In this document: positions 35,522 through 44,564 of the stretch, piece after piece
How positions within the stretch are numbered: the stretch's first letter is position 1
Layout of the letters: every line of letters starts with the position of its first letter
Assembly (NCBI GenBank): GCA_035493355.1
Contig: DATJIJ010000014.1
Span: forward strand, 1-47,182
From: Candidatus Methylomirabilota bacterium
GTDB taxonomy: Bacteria; Chloroflexota; Limnocylindria; QHBO01
Direction: 5' to 3'
DNA length: 47,182 nt
Notes under the pieces: generated by a model
What the model was told of the DNA's origin: nothing
What the model saw: the letters and a program-made list of their open reading frames with translations, nothing else
The model's database searches: none
Made by a program: the position numbers and the translations under genes

Positions 35522-35587
35522 CGGTCTACGCTGGTGCGCGGTGGAACCGCGTATTCTGCTGAGGAACTCATTCATTCAGGAGGGGCC

Positions 35588-36370
35588 GTGCTCCGCAGAT
35601 TCGCACCAATCCTGGTCGCCGTGCTCGCCGTCCTGGCCGCTTGCCAGAGCGCGCCGGCGATCAGCGATCCCGTCGACATCATCTCCCAGGGCCTCCAGGC
35701 CACCGCGGAGCTGAAGAGCTTCCACGTTTCGCTCGCACTCGACGGGACCTTCAAGGTCCCCGAGGGCGGCGGGACGTTCAAACTGGACTCGACGAGCCTC
35801 GAAGCCGATGTCGACATCCCCGCCAAGAACGTCAAGGCAAGCCTGGCGGTGCCCGCCTTCCTGGGCCTCACCGCCGATGTGATCGTCATCGGCGATGACG
35901 TCTGGATCAAGACCAGCATGGGCGGCACCAAGTGGTCGCACCAGACGAACGACATGATGGGCAGTCCGCTGCCGATCCCGACCGCCTCCGCGGGCGTCCA
36001 GGAGATGGTCGACAAGCTCAAGGAAGCGCTCGCGACCGATGGCGTGGTGACCAAGAAGCTCGCCGACGTGGCCTGCGGCGATCGCCAGTGCTACCAGGTG
36101 AGCATCTCCGTGCCGTCCTCGCTCATGGACGACGCCGGTGCGGTCGCTTCTCTTGATCCGGCATCGATCTTCGGCGACGCAGTCGAGATCAACCTCCTCT
36201 TCGACCGCGAGAAGCTGTGGCTGACGGAGGTATCGTCCGGCATCGACAGCGAGTCGATGGGGACGATCACCGCCACGCTGAGCTTCAGCAACTTCGACGA
36301 GGCGGTCGAGTTCAGCCCGCCGCCGTCGCCAGACGTCACCGAGGGCGAGTTCACCCTTCCGGGGATGTGA
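35588..36370 (+). CDS. LppX/LprAFG-like (LolA-fold) lipoprotein
   Basis: GTG 35588 preceded by AGGAGG. Has lipobox VLAAC and LQATAELKSFHVSLALDG...QCYQVS, as in LprG/LppX-type lipid-binding lipoproteins (recognition by eye). Confidence 0.75.
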   Translation: MLRRFAPILVAVLAVLAACQSAPAISDPVDIISQGLQATAELKSFHVSLALDGTFKVPEGGGTFKLDSTSLEADVDIPAKNVKASLAVPAFLGLTADVIVIGDDVWIKTSMGGTKWSHQTNDMMGSPLPIPTASAGVQEMVDKLKEALATDGVVTKKLADVACGDRQCYQVSISVPSSLMDDAGAVASLDPASIFGDAVEINLLFDREKLWLTEVSSGIDSESMGTITATLSFSNFDEAVEFSPPPSPDVTEGEFTLPGM

Positions 36371-36503
36371 TTTCCTGGAGAGCCCCAACCCGCCGCCGCC
36401 GACCAATGCCATTCACGCCGGGTCCTCCGTCTTTGCGGTAGCTGGCACTCAACGCTTCCGGGCTTCTCAGCGGCGCAGGCTGCGAGATGCCGCTCGGCAC
36501 GGA

Positions 36504-37577
36504 ATGATCCTGGCCGTCGGGGCTGCTGTCATGAACACGGCGCTGCTGGCGTCCCTCCATCCACAGTCAGCCGGGCTGGTGGTCGGCCTGAATGGTGGCG
36601 TGGCAGTCTGCGCCACCATCGGATACGTGGGGGTCGCCGGCTTTGCGCGGCGATACCCCGAGGCGATCCTGTTCGCGATCCTGGTGGTCGTCGATCTGGC
36701 CACGGTTGGCATCGGGATGCTTCGCCCCGAAATGGGGGCGATCGTGGCCGGGTACCTACTGGTGCTGCCCATGGTCGTGGCCCTCGTGCTGCCATGGGGT
36801 ACGAGGACTCACGTCGCCTGGCTGGCCCTGCACGCCGGCATGACCCTCGTCGGAACGGCATTGGCACCGCCAGGCTCGCTCCTTGTGACGAACCGTTTCG
36901 AGGGGCTTGCGCTTCTGCTGCTGACGACGGTGGTCAGCCAGTTTGGCCACGTGTCGAACGTCCGCGCCCGGGTCACCAGCTTCTTGCAGATTCAGCGGAT
37001 CACCGCGCTCAATCGTCTGGGTCAGCGGGACCACTTGCGGCTCGATCGGCTGAACCAGCTCCTGGCCCAGTCGGCGACGACCGACGAGCTCACCGGGTTG
37101 AGGAATCGATTGGGCCTGGCCTCAGACCTCAACGTCATCCGCTCCCGAATCGAGCGTCAGGGGGATCGCTACGAAATCCTGATGCTGGATCTGGATCGCT
37201 TCAAGGCGATCAATGACGCTCGAGGGCACGTCGCCGGCGATGGCGTCCTCCGAGCGGCTGCGGACGCCATCTCGGCGGCCCTCCGTCCTGGGGACCGGGC
37301 ATATCGATACGGCGGCGAGGAATTTCTCGTGGCTGTACGCCTGAATGACCTGGACGATCCGCTGACCGCCGGAGAGCGCATTCGAGTCAGTGTCGAGCAG
37401 CTCGGCGTGAGCAACCCCGGCAATCCCCCGCACGGCGTGGTCACCGTATCCATCGGGATCACGACGGTCGGTCAGGCGGACCTGGCCGTTGACGACGAGG
37501 CGTGGGTCTCGCGGGCCGATGCTGCGCTCTACCGTGCGAAGTACGGTGGTCGCAACCGCTGCGAGGTCAGCCGCTGA
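36504..37577 (+). CDS. membrane-anchored diguanylate cyclase (GGDEF)
   Basis: 357 aa with about 5 TM helices then DELTGLRNR...DLDRFKAINDARGH...RPGDRAYRYGGEEF. The active site is GGEEF, with an RxxD I-site 5 residues upstream. Confidence 0.9.
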   Translation: MILAVGAAVMNTALLASLHPQSAGLVVGLNGGVAVCATIGYVGVAGFARRYPEAILFAILVVVDLATVGIGMLRPEMGAIVAGYLLVLPMVVALVLPWGTRTHVAWLALHAGMTLVGTALAPPGSLLVTNRFEGLALLLLTTVVSQFGHVSNVRARVTSFLQIQRITALNRLGQRDHLRLDRLNQLLAQSATTDELTGLRNRLGLASDLNVIRSRIERQGDRYEILMLDLDRFKAINDARGHVAGDGVLRAAADAISAALRPGDRAYRYGGEEFLVAVRLNDLDDPLTAGERIRVSVEQLGVSNPGNPPHGVVTVSIGITTVGQADLAVDDEAWVSRADAALYRAKYGGRNRCEVSR

Positions 37578-37602
37578 CCAACGCTTGCGGACGCGTGCTC
37601 AG

Positions 37603-38340
37603 CTAGCGAGCGGCGAGGGTGCCCACCGAGAGTGCCAGCAGGATGACGCCGACCGCCAACGCAGCACGCTGACCGCGTTGGCTCGTGGTCTCGTAGGCCA
37701 TCACTCCGGTCAGTGCCGCCATCCACCACAGGTTCGCAAAGCCCTCCGCGAACATCAGGAGCATCAGTGCCCACGAGCTGCCGAGGCAGTCCAGGGCATG
37801 GGCGACGCCGAGGTCGAACGCACGGGATCGATGCGTTGTGGTCGCCAGGAGGTCAACTGGATGGCGGCAGGCGGCCAGGCTGCGGCGCTTGAACGACGAC
37901 AGCTGATAGGCGCCGGCCATGCCGAGGACGCCAGCTTCGATCAACCACGGTCTCGCGGCGAGCCATGGCGTGGCGTCCACGACGTGGTGAAGGACGAAAT
38001 CACCGCCGAACGCGAACAGCCCGAAGATGGACCAGATTGCCGCGAACGCAAGGAGAAAGGTGGTTCGATGGCCGATCGCTGCGTCCACCATCTGGATGGT
38101 CGGCAGGCTGGCAGGCAGCATCATGGCCGCGAGCATGACCTGCCACCCAACCAGGAACAGGCCCACCGCAATCCAGAGCGGCGGCCCGTGCTCGATGAGG
38201 GTGTGGTGATGGAGCAGCACCGCCTCGCCGGTGAACTGCGAGACGATGGCCGCCAGCCAGGCGGTGGCGATCGCAACCACTACGATGCCCATCCGGCTGG
38301 AGATGGGAGTCGTCGCAGCGCGCATCGCAGGGCGGCTCAC
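37603..38340 (-). CDS. DUF2182-family putative metal-binding membrane protein
   Basis: 245 aa, polytopic, with conserved His/Cys positions (LLHHHTLIEHG, ACRHP, HALDCLGSSW). GTGA overlap with the upstream thioredoxin-fold gene. Confidence 0.8.
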   Translation of the reverse strand: MSRPAMRAATTPISSRMGIVVVAIATAWLAAIVSQFTGEAVLLHHHTLIEHGPPLWIAVGLFLVGWQVMLAAMMLPASLPTIQMVDAAIGHRTTFLLAFAAIWSIFGLFAFGGDFVLHHVVDATPWLAARPWLIEAGVLGMAGAYQLSSFKRRSLAACRHPVDLLATTTHRSRAFDLGVAHALDCLGSSWALMLLMFAEGFANLWWMAALTGVMAYETTSQRGQRAALAVGVILLALSVGTLAAR

Positions 38341-38906
38341 ACGAAGTCCAGGCTGCAGCCGAACGGTCGTGTCGCCGGTGTCCGGACCTCTCGGCCGTCC
38401 AGGATGTCATCCAGCGCGTCGCGCAGGTCGTGGCTCGTGATGTTCGCCTCGAGCCTCGCGTCGTCGAACCGACCTTGATAGCGGAGCCGGCGATCACGGT
38501 CGAGAACGAAGAGGTGGAAAGTGCAGGCGGCGCCGTAGGCCCTCGCCACTCGCTGCTCGGGGTCGGCGAGGTAGGGAAACGTGTAGCCGTCGAGCGCTGC
38601 ACGCTCGACCATCAGCGGGTAGCTCTCATCGGGATACAGGTGTGGGCTGTTCGAGTTGATCGCGACGAGCTGCACGCCTCGACGCCCGTACTCCGAATGT
38701 ACGGCCTTCATCCGGTCGGCGTACGCCTTGACCGTTGGGCAGCGATTGGAGGCGAAGATCAGGACCAGGACCTCGGAATCGGCGAAGCTCGAAAAGCCAT
38801 ATCGGTGGCCATCGCTGCCGAGCAGCCCTTCGAATGGCGGACCCACCGCCCCGATCGGCAGGACCGCGACTTCCGGCGCGGCCGCTGCCGTGGCGAGGGG
38901 GGTCAT
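38337..38906 (-). CDS. thioredoxin-fold protein, AhpC/TSA-redoxin-like, single active-site Cys
   Basis: 189 aa. LVLIFASNRCPTVKAY has CPTV in place of CxxC. Also has LVAINSN and FVLDRDRRLRYQGRFDD. Confidence 0.85.
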   Translation of the reverse strand: MTPLATAAAAPEVAVLPIGAVGPPFEGLLGSDGHRYGFSSFADSEVLVLIFASNRCPTVKAYADRMKAVHSEYGRRGVQLVAINSNSPHLYPDESYPLMVERAALDGYTFPYLADPEQRVARAYGAACTFHLFVLDRDRRLRYQGRFDDARLEANITSHDLRDALDDILDGREVRTPATRPFGCSLDFV

Positions 38907-39469
38907 GCCGGGACCGGAACGCGGGCGAACCGGTCGGGGAACTGGGCGACGATGCCGTTGCAGAGGGCATCGGCGAGAACCAGGATCTCCGTATAGATGT
39001 CGTCGAAGGCCGTCACGTCGGCCGCCCAGTCTCCCTTGATTCGCGCGACCGTCTCGTCCTTGGTGAGCTTCAGGTGGAGCGTGAGCAGGTCAAGGACGTC
39101 CTTCTCCGGCCAGTTGGGGTTCGCACCAGCGAGGAAGGTGGCGATCTTCTTGGCATTCTCGGTCCAGCGTGCGTCGTGCTTCGCGAACGCGTCCTGATCG
39201 CCAGACTTGGCGGCAGCCACGAGGTCGACCGCGATCATGATGTGTTCCTTGAGGATGGCTGTCAGGCCGTCTCCGGCAGCCTGGCCGTAGTACGTGACGA
39301 TGGAGCTGCCGATGTCCTCCTGGTTCTTCAGGAGGCGTCCCGCGGCTGCGTCGGCGTCGGGAGTGCCGGCGACGGCGGCGACGATGTACTGGCGAGTCCA
39401 AATGACGTGATCCGACCAGAGTTTGCGGAGAGCAAGCCGCAGCGGTTCGGTGGTAGTGGTGGTGGTCAT
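38903..39469 (-). CDS. conserved helical-bundle protein of unknown function
   Basis: 188 aa. LWSDHVIWTRQYIVAAV...RLLKNQEDIG...HIMIAVDLVAAAKSGD...RWTENAKKIATFL. GAAGGAG SD 7 nt upstream. ATGA overlap with the next gene. Confidence 0.8.
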   Translation of the reverse strand: MTTTTTTEPLRLALRKLWSDHVIWTRQYIVAAVAGTPDADAAAGRLLKNQEDIGSSIVTYYGQAAGDGLTAILKEHIMIAVDLVAAAKSGDQDAFAKHDARWTENAKKIATFLAGANPNWPEKDVLDLLTLHLKLTKDETVARIKGDWAADVTAFDDIYTEILVLADALCNGIVAQFPDRFARVPVPA

Positions 39470-39512
39470 GGAGCATCTCCTTCTCTGCGCGCCGCTCGCG
39501 CGTCTCTAAATG

Positions 39513-39540
39513 GAACCGCGGTTAGCGTTACAGAACCGCG
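39513..39540. promoter_or_regulatory. candidate operator: 10-bp palindrome AACCGCGGTT plus a direct repeat of GAACCGCG 20 nt apart
   Basis: tGGAACCGCGGTTagcgttacaGAACCGCGac, in the 120-nt divergent intergenic region between the helical-bundle operon and the HTH regulator. Confidence 0.35.
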
Positions 39541-39555
39541 ACGCGCCGTCAAGTC

Positions 39556-39583
39556 TTGCGGTAATCGACGTATCTGTTAGAGT
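39556..39583 (+). promoter_or_regulatory. sigma70-like promoter TTGCGG - 16 nt - TAGAGT, 6 nt upstream of ATG 39590
   Basis: Seen directly. No SD, so a leaderless-type arrangement. Confidence 0.45.
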
Positions 39584-39589
39584 CAGGCG

Positions 39590-40306
39590 ATGACGAAGAA
39601 GCGCACGGTTTCCGATCCGATTGAGGCAGTCGCGCTCCTGGACGAGCCGAATCGACGGCGCCTCTACGAGCTGGTGACCGTCAGCCGCGAGCCGATCGGC
39701 CGGGACGAAGCAGCCGCCGAGCTGGGCATGAGCCGGGACCTGGCGGCGCACCATCTGGATCGCTTGCTGGATGCGGGCCTCCTCGAGGTCGAGTATCGGC
39801 GCCGGGGCGGTCGCACCGGGCCGGGAGCGGGCCGGCCGGCCAAGCTCTATAAGCGCACGGAACGGGACGTCTCCGTCTCATTCCCTTCACGACGCTACGA
39901 CGTTGCCGCAGAACTCCTCGCGACCGCCTTCGACCGGCTCGATCCTCCGTCGGGCGCCGAGGCCGTCGCGGGCGTGGCCCGTGAGCTCGGCACGCATGTA
40001 GGCCTCGAAGCGAGGCGCTCTGCCGGTCCTCGGCCCTCGCGGAAGCGGCTTATCAGCGCGCTCCTCGAGCTCCTGCGCGGCACGGGCTACGCACCGGAGG
40101 TGGACGACGCGAGTGGGGCCGTCTGCCTGCGCAATTGCCCGTACCACGCCCTCGCCGATAGCCATCGAGTGCTGACCTGTTGGATGAACCTCGCCTGGGC
40201 CGACGGCGTGGCTGACGCCCTTGGGAACTCGGGGCTGCGGCCGAAGCTGGATCCGAAGCCGGGATACTGCTGCGTCGTCTTCGAGCCGGCCCTGCCGAGC
40301 GGCTAG
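39590..40306 (+). CDS. ArsR-type winged-HTH transcriptional regulator with a Cys-rich C-terminal domain
   Basis: 238 aa. LLDEPNRRRLYELV...DEAAAELGMSRDLAAHHLDRLLDAGLL is an HTH_20-like region. The C-terminus has CLRNCPYH...LTCW...YCC. Confidence 0.85.
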   Translation: MTKKRTVSDPIEAVALLDEPNRRRLYELVTVSREPIGRDEAAAELGMSRDLAAHHLDRLLDAGLLEVEYRRRGGRTGPGAGRPAKLYKRTERDVSVSFPSRRYDVAAELLATAFDRLDPPSGAEAVAGVARELGTHVGLEARRSAGPRPSRKRLISALLELLRGTGYAPEVDDASGAVCLRNCPYHALADSHRVLTCWMNLAWADGVADALGNSGLRPKLDPKPGYCCVVFEPALPSG

Positions 40307-40307
40307 C

Positions 40308-41930
40308 TCAGGCTTCGCTGGCAGGCGCCGGGCGACCGAGGACATAGCCCTGGCCCAGGGTCACGCCCAGGGTGCGGAGAATGTTGAGCTCGGCGTCGGT
40401 CTCGATCCCCTCGGCGATGAGCCGGCTATCTGTCGAGCGGGCGAAGTGGCGCAGGCCGACGATCATCGCCTGGCGCGCCTCATCTGAGTCCAGATGCGTC
40501 ACCAGCGACCGGTCGAGCTTGATGAAAGCAGGGCGCAGCTCGAGGATGTGACGGAGGCTCGCGAAGCCGGCACCCGCGTCATCGACCGCAAGCCTGGTCG
40601 CCGGGCCGAGGCTGGCGACGGCCGCGCGGAAGGCCGCATAGTCGGGTATCTCGGCATGCTCGGTCACCTCCAGCACAACGGGTCGGCCCACGTCATTGAT
40701 GATGGTCTGCAATGCGTCGTGCTCGGTGATCAAACCTGGTGAGACGTTCACGGTCAACCACGCCGAGGTCGGCAGCTCCCTCGCTGCCGACGTGGCTGCC
40801 CTCAAGGTTGCCGTCTCGAGCTCCGAACCGATCCCGATGGCGGCGGCCTCTCTGAACCGAACGTCGGGGCCGACACCGTCCCCGAAGCGGGTGAGTGCCT
40901 CGTAGCCAACGACGGCATCCGTCTCGAGATTAACGATTCCCTGGAATACCGGCGCAAAAGCCTCCTCCTCGATGATCCGCCTGATCTCCGATCGAGCGCG
41001 ACGCGCCTCGGTTCGATGGGCGACATCGCGGCCGATGAGAACGGAGGTGAGGTCGGCGAACTCGACCAGCGCAGCCAGCGACTCGGTGAATTCAGCTTCA
41101 TTGGCCGACTCATGGCTGTCGATGATGAAGAGCCCGATCAGCTCACCTTCTGATCGCATCGGCGCGCACGCCATCATGTGAGGTCCGAGCCCAGTCAGGG
41201 ACTCGAAGTCCGGGTCCGCGGGTTGTGCCGACCACGATTCGATCCAAGGACCCTTCTCTGCTCGCGTGCGATACCACTGCGTGCGGTCCAGCGAGAGGCG
41301 TCGCAGCGGCGGATCCGGCTGCCCCGCTACGGCGAAGCCAATGGCCCCGGCTCGGCCGTCCAGCTCAAACAGGAACAGCTGGGCCGCTGCCGCGCCGGAG
41401 AGGTTGAGCACCTGGCGGCAGACGGCCTGAGCGGTGGCCTCCGGGGTGTCTCCCGGCCGCAGTCCGCGCAGCGTCTTGGCGATGAGGGCCCGCTGCCGCG
41501 CCAGGTCGGCCGACCGCTGTTCGACCACGCTCGTCCACGCCAACTGGCGCCTCAGATGAGCACTGACTCGCGCGACCAGCTCGTCGAGGCGAACCGGCTT
41601 GGGCACGAAATCGTCAGCGCCCGCGGCAAGGCCGTTGATGACGCTGAACGAGTCGCCGGAGCCGGTCATCAGGAGCACCGGCAGCGTGACCGTTTCCGGT
41701 CGGGAACGAAGCTGCTCGACGACCTCCGTGCCAGACATGCCGGGCATCCCCATGTCGAGCACGACCAGGCTGACGGGGGTGGTCGCCACCAGGTCCATGG
41801 CCGCCTGCCCGCTCGATGCGTCGACGACATCGAATCCGGCACGCGTCAGGGCGAACGTCAGCAGGTTTCTGGAAGTCTCATCGTCGTCGACGACGAGGAT
41901 TGGGTTTGGGCCGAGCGGATCCTCGATCAT
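40308..41930 (-). CDS. response regulator with GAF-like and EAL (c-di-GMP phosphodiesterase) domains
   Basis: 540 aa. REC domain (ILVVDDDE, VVLDMGMPGMSG, VPKP), a GAF-like core (ACAPMRSEGELIGLFIID), and EAL motifs YEALTR, NVSP, EVTEH, VDDAG, IKLD, AEGIET, GQGY. Confidence 0.9.
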   Translation of the reverse strand: MIEDPLGPNPILVVDDDETSRNLLTFALTRAGFDVVDASSGQAAMDLVATTPVSLVVLDMGMPGMSGTEVVEQLRSRPETVTLPVLLMTGSGDSFSVINGLAAGADDFVPKPVRLDELVARVSAHLRRQLAWTSVVEQRSADLARQRALIAKTLRGLRPGDTPEATAQAVCRQVLNLSGAAAAQLFLFELDGRAGAIGFAVAGQPDPPLRRLSLDRTQWYRTRAEKGPWIESWSAQPADPDFESLTGLGPHMMACAPMRSEGELIGLFIIDSHESANEAEFTESLAALVEFADLTSVLIGRDVAHRTEARRARSEIRRIIEEEAFAPVFQGIVNLETDAVVGYEALTRFGDGVGPDVRFREAAAIGIGSELETATLRAATSAARELPTSAWLTVNVSPGLITEHDALQTIINDVGRPVVLEVTEHAEIPDYAAFRAAVASLGPATRLAVDDAGAGFASLRHILELRPAFIKLDRSLVTHLDSDEARQAMIVGLRHFARSTDSRLIAEGIETDAELNILRTLGVTLGQGYVLGRPAPASEA

Positions 41931-43591
41931 GCGGCTCTCGGCGGTGATCGCCTGGATGCGATCGCCTGCTGGACGGCCTGGATGAGGCGGTTGGACGAGA
42001 CCGGCTTCGAGATGAACATGCCGCCGCCTGCGGTAACGCGTTCGAGGTCGAGCGTCTCGGCCGTGTAGCCCGAGAGGAGGACCACCCCCATTGTCGGGTA
42101 CGCCTCCATCATCTGCTCGGCAAGGTCGATGCCGGAGAGCCTGGGCATGACGACGTCCGTGACCAGCACGTCGATCCGCTTGGCGCGCTGCGCGACCGCG
42201 AGTGCCTCTGCCCCGTCCCCGACCGCCAGCACCTCAAACCCCGCTCGCCGGAGCATCTGGGTGGTCATGTCGCGCACAGCAGGGTCGTCCTCCACCACCA
42301 GCGCGATCCCGACTCCGACTGCCGGGCTGTCGGGAGGCACCACCGACTGCTGTACCGCGGCGTCGACGCGGGGGAAGTACAGCTTGAAAGCTGACCCGAT
42401 CCCAGGCTCGGAATAGAGCCAGACATGGCCCCCCGCCTGATGGACGATGCCGTATGCGGTGGCCAGTCCGAGCCCGGTGCCCTTGCCGACGTCCTTGGTC
42501 GTGAAGAACGGCTCGAAGATGTGCTCTCGCGTCGCCTGGTCCATGCCCTCCCCGTTGTCACTGACGGAGAGGACGACGTACGCGCCGGGGGCCACTTCGA
42601 AATGCTCCATCGTGTAGCGCTCGTCGAAGGTCACGTTGCCGCTTTCGATCGTCACCGCACCCCCGCCCGGCATCGCGTCGCGGGCATTCACCACGAGGTT
42701 CACGATGATCTGGCCGATCTGGCCCGGATCGGCGCGGATGTGGCCGGCGGCGGGGTCGAGCTTCAGGATGAGTTTCACGTTCTCGCCGATGAGCTGGTTC
42801 AGCATCGGCTCGATCGCCGTCACCGCCACGTTCACATCCAGCACGGTCGGGCTCACGACCTGCTGGCGGCTGAATGTGAGCAGCTGCGCCGTCAGCACGG
42901 CGGCGCGCTCCGCGGCGTCGCTGATCGCCTTGACGCTGACCAGCGCACTGTCGGGGTCGAAACTGGCGCGATTCGCGGTCGCCAGGTCATCGGTCAGGAG
43001 CTCGGCGTAGCCGCGGATCGCAAAGAGCATGTTGTTGAAGTCGTGGGCGATGCCTCCCGCGAGCCGCCCGATCGATTCGAGCTTCTGCGCCTGCAACAGC
43101 TGGTTCTCTGCCGCCTTGCGCTTGCTGATGTTGCGGATGGCCGCGGTGACCAGGATCCCTTCGGCGCTCTCGAGCGGGCTCAGCATGATTTCGATCGGGA
43201 ACTCGCTGCCGTCCCTGCGGCGGGCGACCAGCTCGATTCCGGTGCCGATCTGCTGGGCAAGTGCATCGGCCGCCGAGCGCAGGTCGTCGGCGATCAGCCG
43301 CTCGGCGAAGCCCTCCGGGATGATGTTGCTGACCTGCTGGCCGACCAGCTCATCACGGCTGTATCCGAACTGCTTCTCGGCCTGGACGTTGAGCAGCACG
43401 ATCTCACCGGCCTGGTTGACCACCACCATCGCGTCGGGGGCTGCCTCGAGCAGTCCCCGGTAGCGGGCCGACTCCTCGCTGGTCTCCTCGTCGGCGGCGC
43501 TCGGTAGATGATGGACCTCCCGGTCGGGAGCATCACTAAGGACATCCCGCTTGCGGGCGGTGGATCGCCCCCCTCGGGACGACGCTGCCAT
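41927..43591 (-). CDS. soluble PAS-containing hybrid sensor histidine kinase (PAS-HisKA-HATPase-REC)
   Basis: 554 aa with no TM segment. PAS (LLEAAPDAMVVVN...RRRDGSEFPIEI), H-box GGIAHDFNNML, N/G boxes (NLVVNARDAM, DNGEGMD, GTGLGL), and a C-terminal REC (VLVTDVVMPRLSG). AGGAAGGAAG SD. Confidence 0.92.
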   Translation of the reverse strand: MAASSRGGRSTARKRDVLSDAPDREVHHLPSAADEETSEESARYRGLLEAAPDAMVVVNQAGEIVLLNVQAEKQFGYSRDELVGQQVSNIIPEGFAERLIADDLRSAADALAQQIGTGIELVARRRDGSEFPIEIMLSPLESAEGILVTAAIRNISKRKAAENQLLQAQKLESIGRLAGGIAHDFNNMLFAIRGYAELLTDDLATANRASFDPDSALVSVKAISDAAERAAVLTAQLLTFSRQQVVSPTVLDVNVAVTAIEPMLNQLIGENVKLILKLDPAAGHIRADPGQIGQIIVNLVVNARDAMPGGGAVTIESGNVTFDERYTMEHFEVAPGAYVVLSVSDNGEGMDQATREHIFEPFFTTKDVGKGTGLGLATAYGIVHQAGGHVWLYSEPGIGSAFKLYFPRVDAAVQQSVVPPDSPAVGVGIALVVEDDPAVRDMTTQMLRRAGFEVLAVGDGAEALAVAQRAKRIDVLVTDVVMPRLSGIDLAEQMMEAYPTMGVVLLSGYTAETLDLERVTAGGGMFISKPVSSNRLIQAVQQAIASRRSPPRAA

Positions 43592-43737
43592 GGGACGACT
43601 TCCTTCCTGCGACGCTGACGACGACTCGCGAGTGCCCCCGGCGCGGCCTCCCCGCCGCGCAAGGACTTGTTCCGACCGCGCGAATCCTCGGCCAGATGGA
43701 GCAGGAACGCCGCCCAGCGGCGCAATGAAAGATAGTT

Positions 43738-43774
43738 GTACACCCGCAAAGGCGGAACTGTACGTTTTGGTTTC
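43738..43774 (+). terminator. terminator-like hairpin GTACACCCGC-AAAG-GCGGAACTGTAC followed by GTTTTGGTTTC on the plus strand
   Basis: Seen directly. The U-tract lies on the plus strand, although both flanking genes are on the minus strand. It may act bidirectionally for the Crp-like gene. Confidence 0.35.
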
Positions 43775-43789
43775 TGGCGGAGGTGTCTT

Positions 43790-44542
43790 TCAGCTGGCGG
43801 CGGCCACCGCTCGCTCGAGCTCGCGGAGGCGATCCGCCTCGGCGGCGATGATCTTGATGCACCCGCACGAGCGCTCCGCGAGGCCATCGTGGTCAGCAAT
43901 GCTGATCTGCCCCCGGGAGTAGTGCACCAGCCCAGCATCCTTGAATTGCCGCATCACGATCGATAGGCCCGGCCGCTGCACGCCGATCATCTGGGCCAGG
44001 AACTCCTGGGTCACCCGAAACGGTTTCTCGTCCACGCGCTCGTCAACCTGGAGCAGCCACCGGGCCGCGCGCTGGTCGAGGCGGTGCATTCGATTGCAGA
44101 GGATCAGCTGCACCATCGTCACGATCATCACCTGGGTATGCCGTTGCAGGAGCCGGACCAGGGTCCCGCCGTACGTCAGCTCCCTCCGCAGCAGATCGGC
44201 CCGCATGCGCACGCCGATCATCGGCACCTGGACGATCGTGCGAACTGGGGACTGCCGCGTCCCCAGGAACACCGGCAAGCCCGTCATGCCCTCCCGCCCG
44301 ATCATCACGGTGTCGACCGAGTCGCCGCTTTCGTCGATGGCAACGATCGACGCGACGCCGCTCGTCGGAAAGTAGACGAACTCGATCTCCTCGTTCATCA
44401 CTTCGAGCTCGGCGGATCGGGGCAGCCGCACCGGCTCGAGGGCTGTGCGGATGCGCTCGAACTCGTCATCCGCCAGCGCACGCAGGACGTGGTTGGCGCG
44501 CGGGTCGAGGCTTGGAGGTTGACCGTCGGGTTGACTCCGCAT
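43790..44542 (-). CDS. Crp/Fnr-family transcriptional regulator
   Basis: About 250 aa from ATG 44542 (MRSQPDG). Has a cNMP-binding-like beta-roll (FVYFPTSGVASIV...GREGMTG), an HTH (TQEFLAQMIGVQRPGLSIVMRQFKDAGLV), and a C-terminal extension with CGC. Confidence 0.85.
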   Translation of the reverse strand: MRSQPDGQPPSLDPRANHVLRALADDEFERIRTALEPVRLPRSAELEVMNEEIEFVYFPTSGVASIVAIDESGDSVDTVMIGREGMTGLPVFLGTRQSPVRTIVQVPMIGVRMRADLLRRELTYGGTLVRLLQRHTQVMIVTMVQLILCNRMHRLDQRAARWLLQVDERVDEKPFRVTQEFLAQMIGVQRPGLSIVMRQFKDAGLVHYSRGQISIADHDGLAERSCGCIKIIAAEADRLRELERAVAAAS

Positions 44543-44564
44543 CGGTCTCGATCCTCTCATTGGT

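Noticed and set aside
33313-36370. tRNA-Ala as the attachment site of a genomic island carrying the secreted/lipoprotein genes
   Set aside because: No integrase is present, I noticed no second copy of the tRNA 3' end by eye, and GC content and codon bias look the same as in the flanking housekeeping genes.
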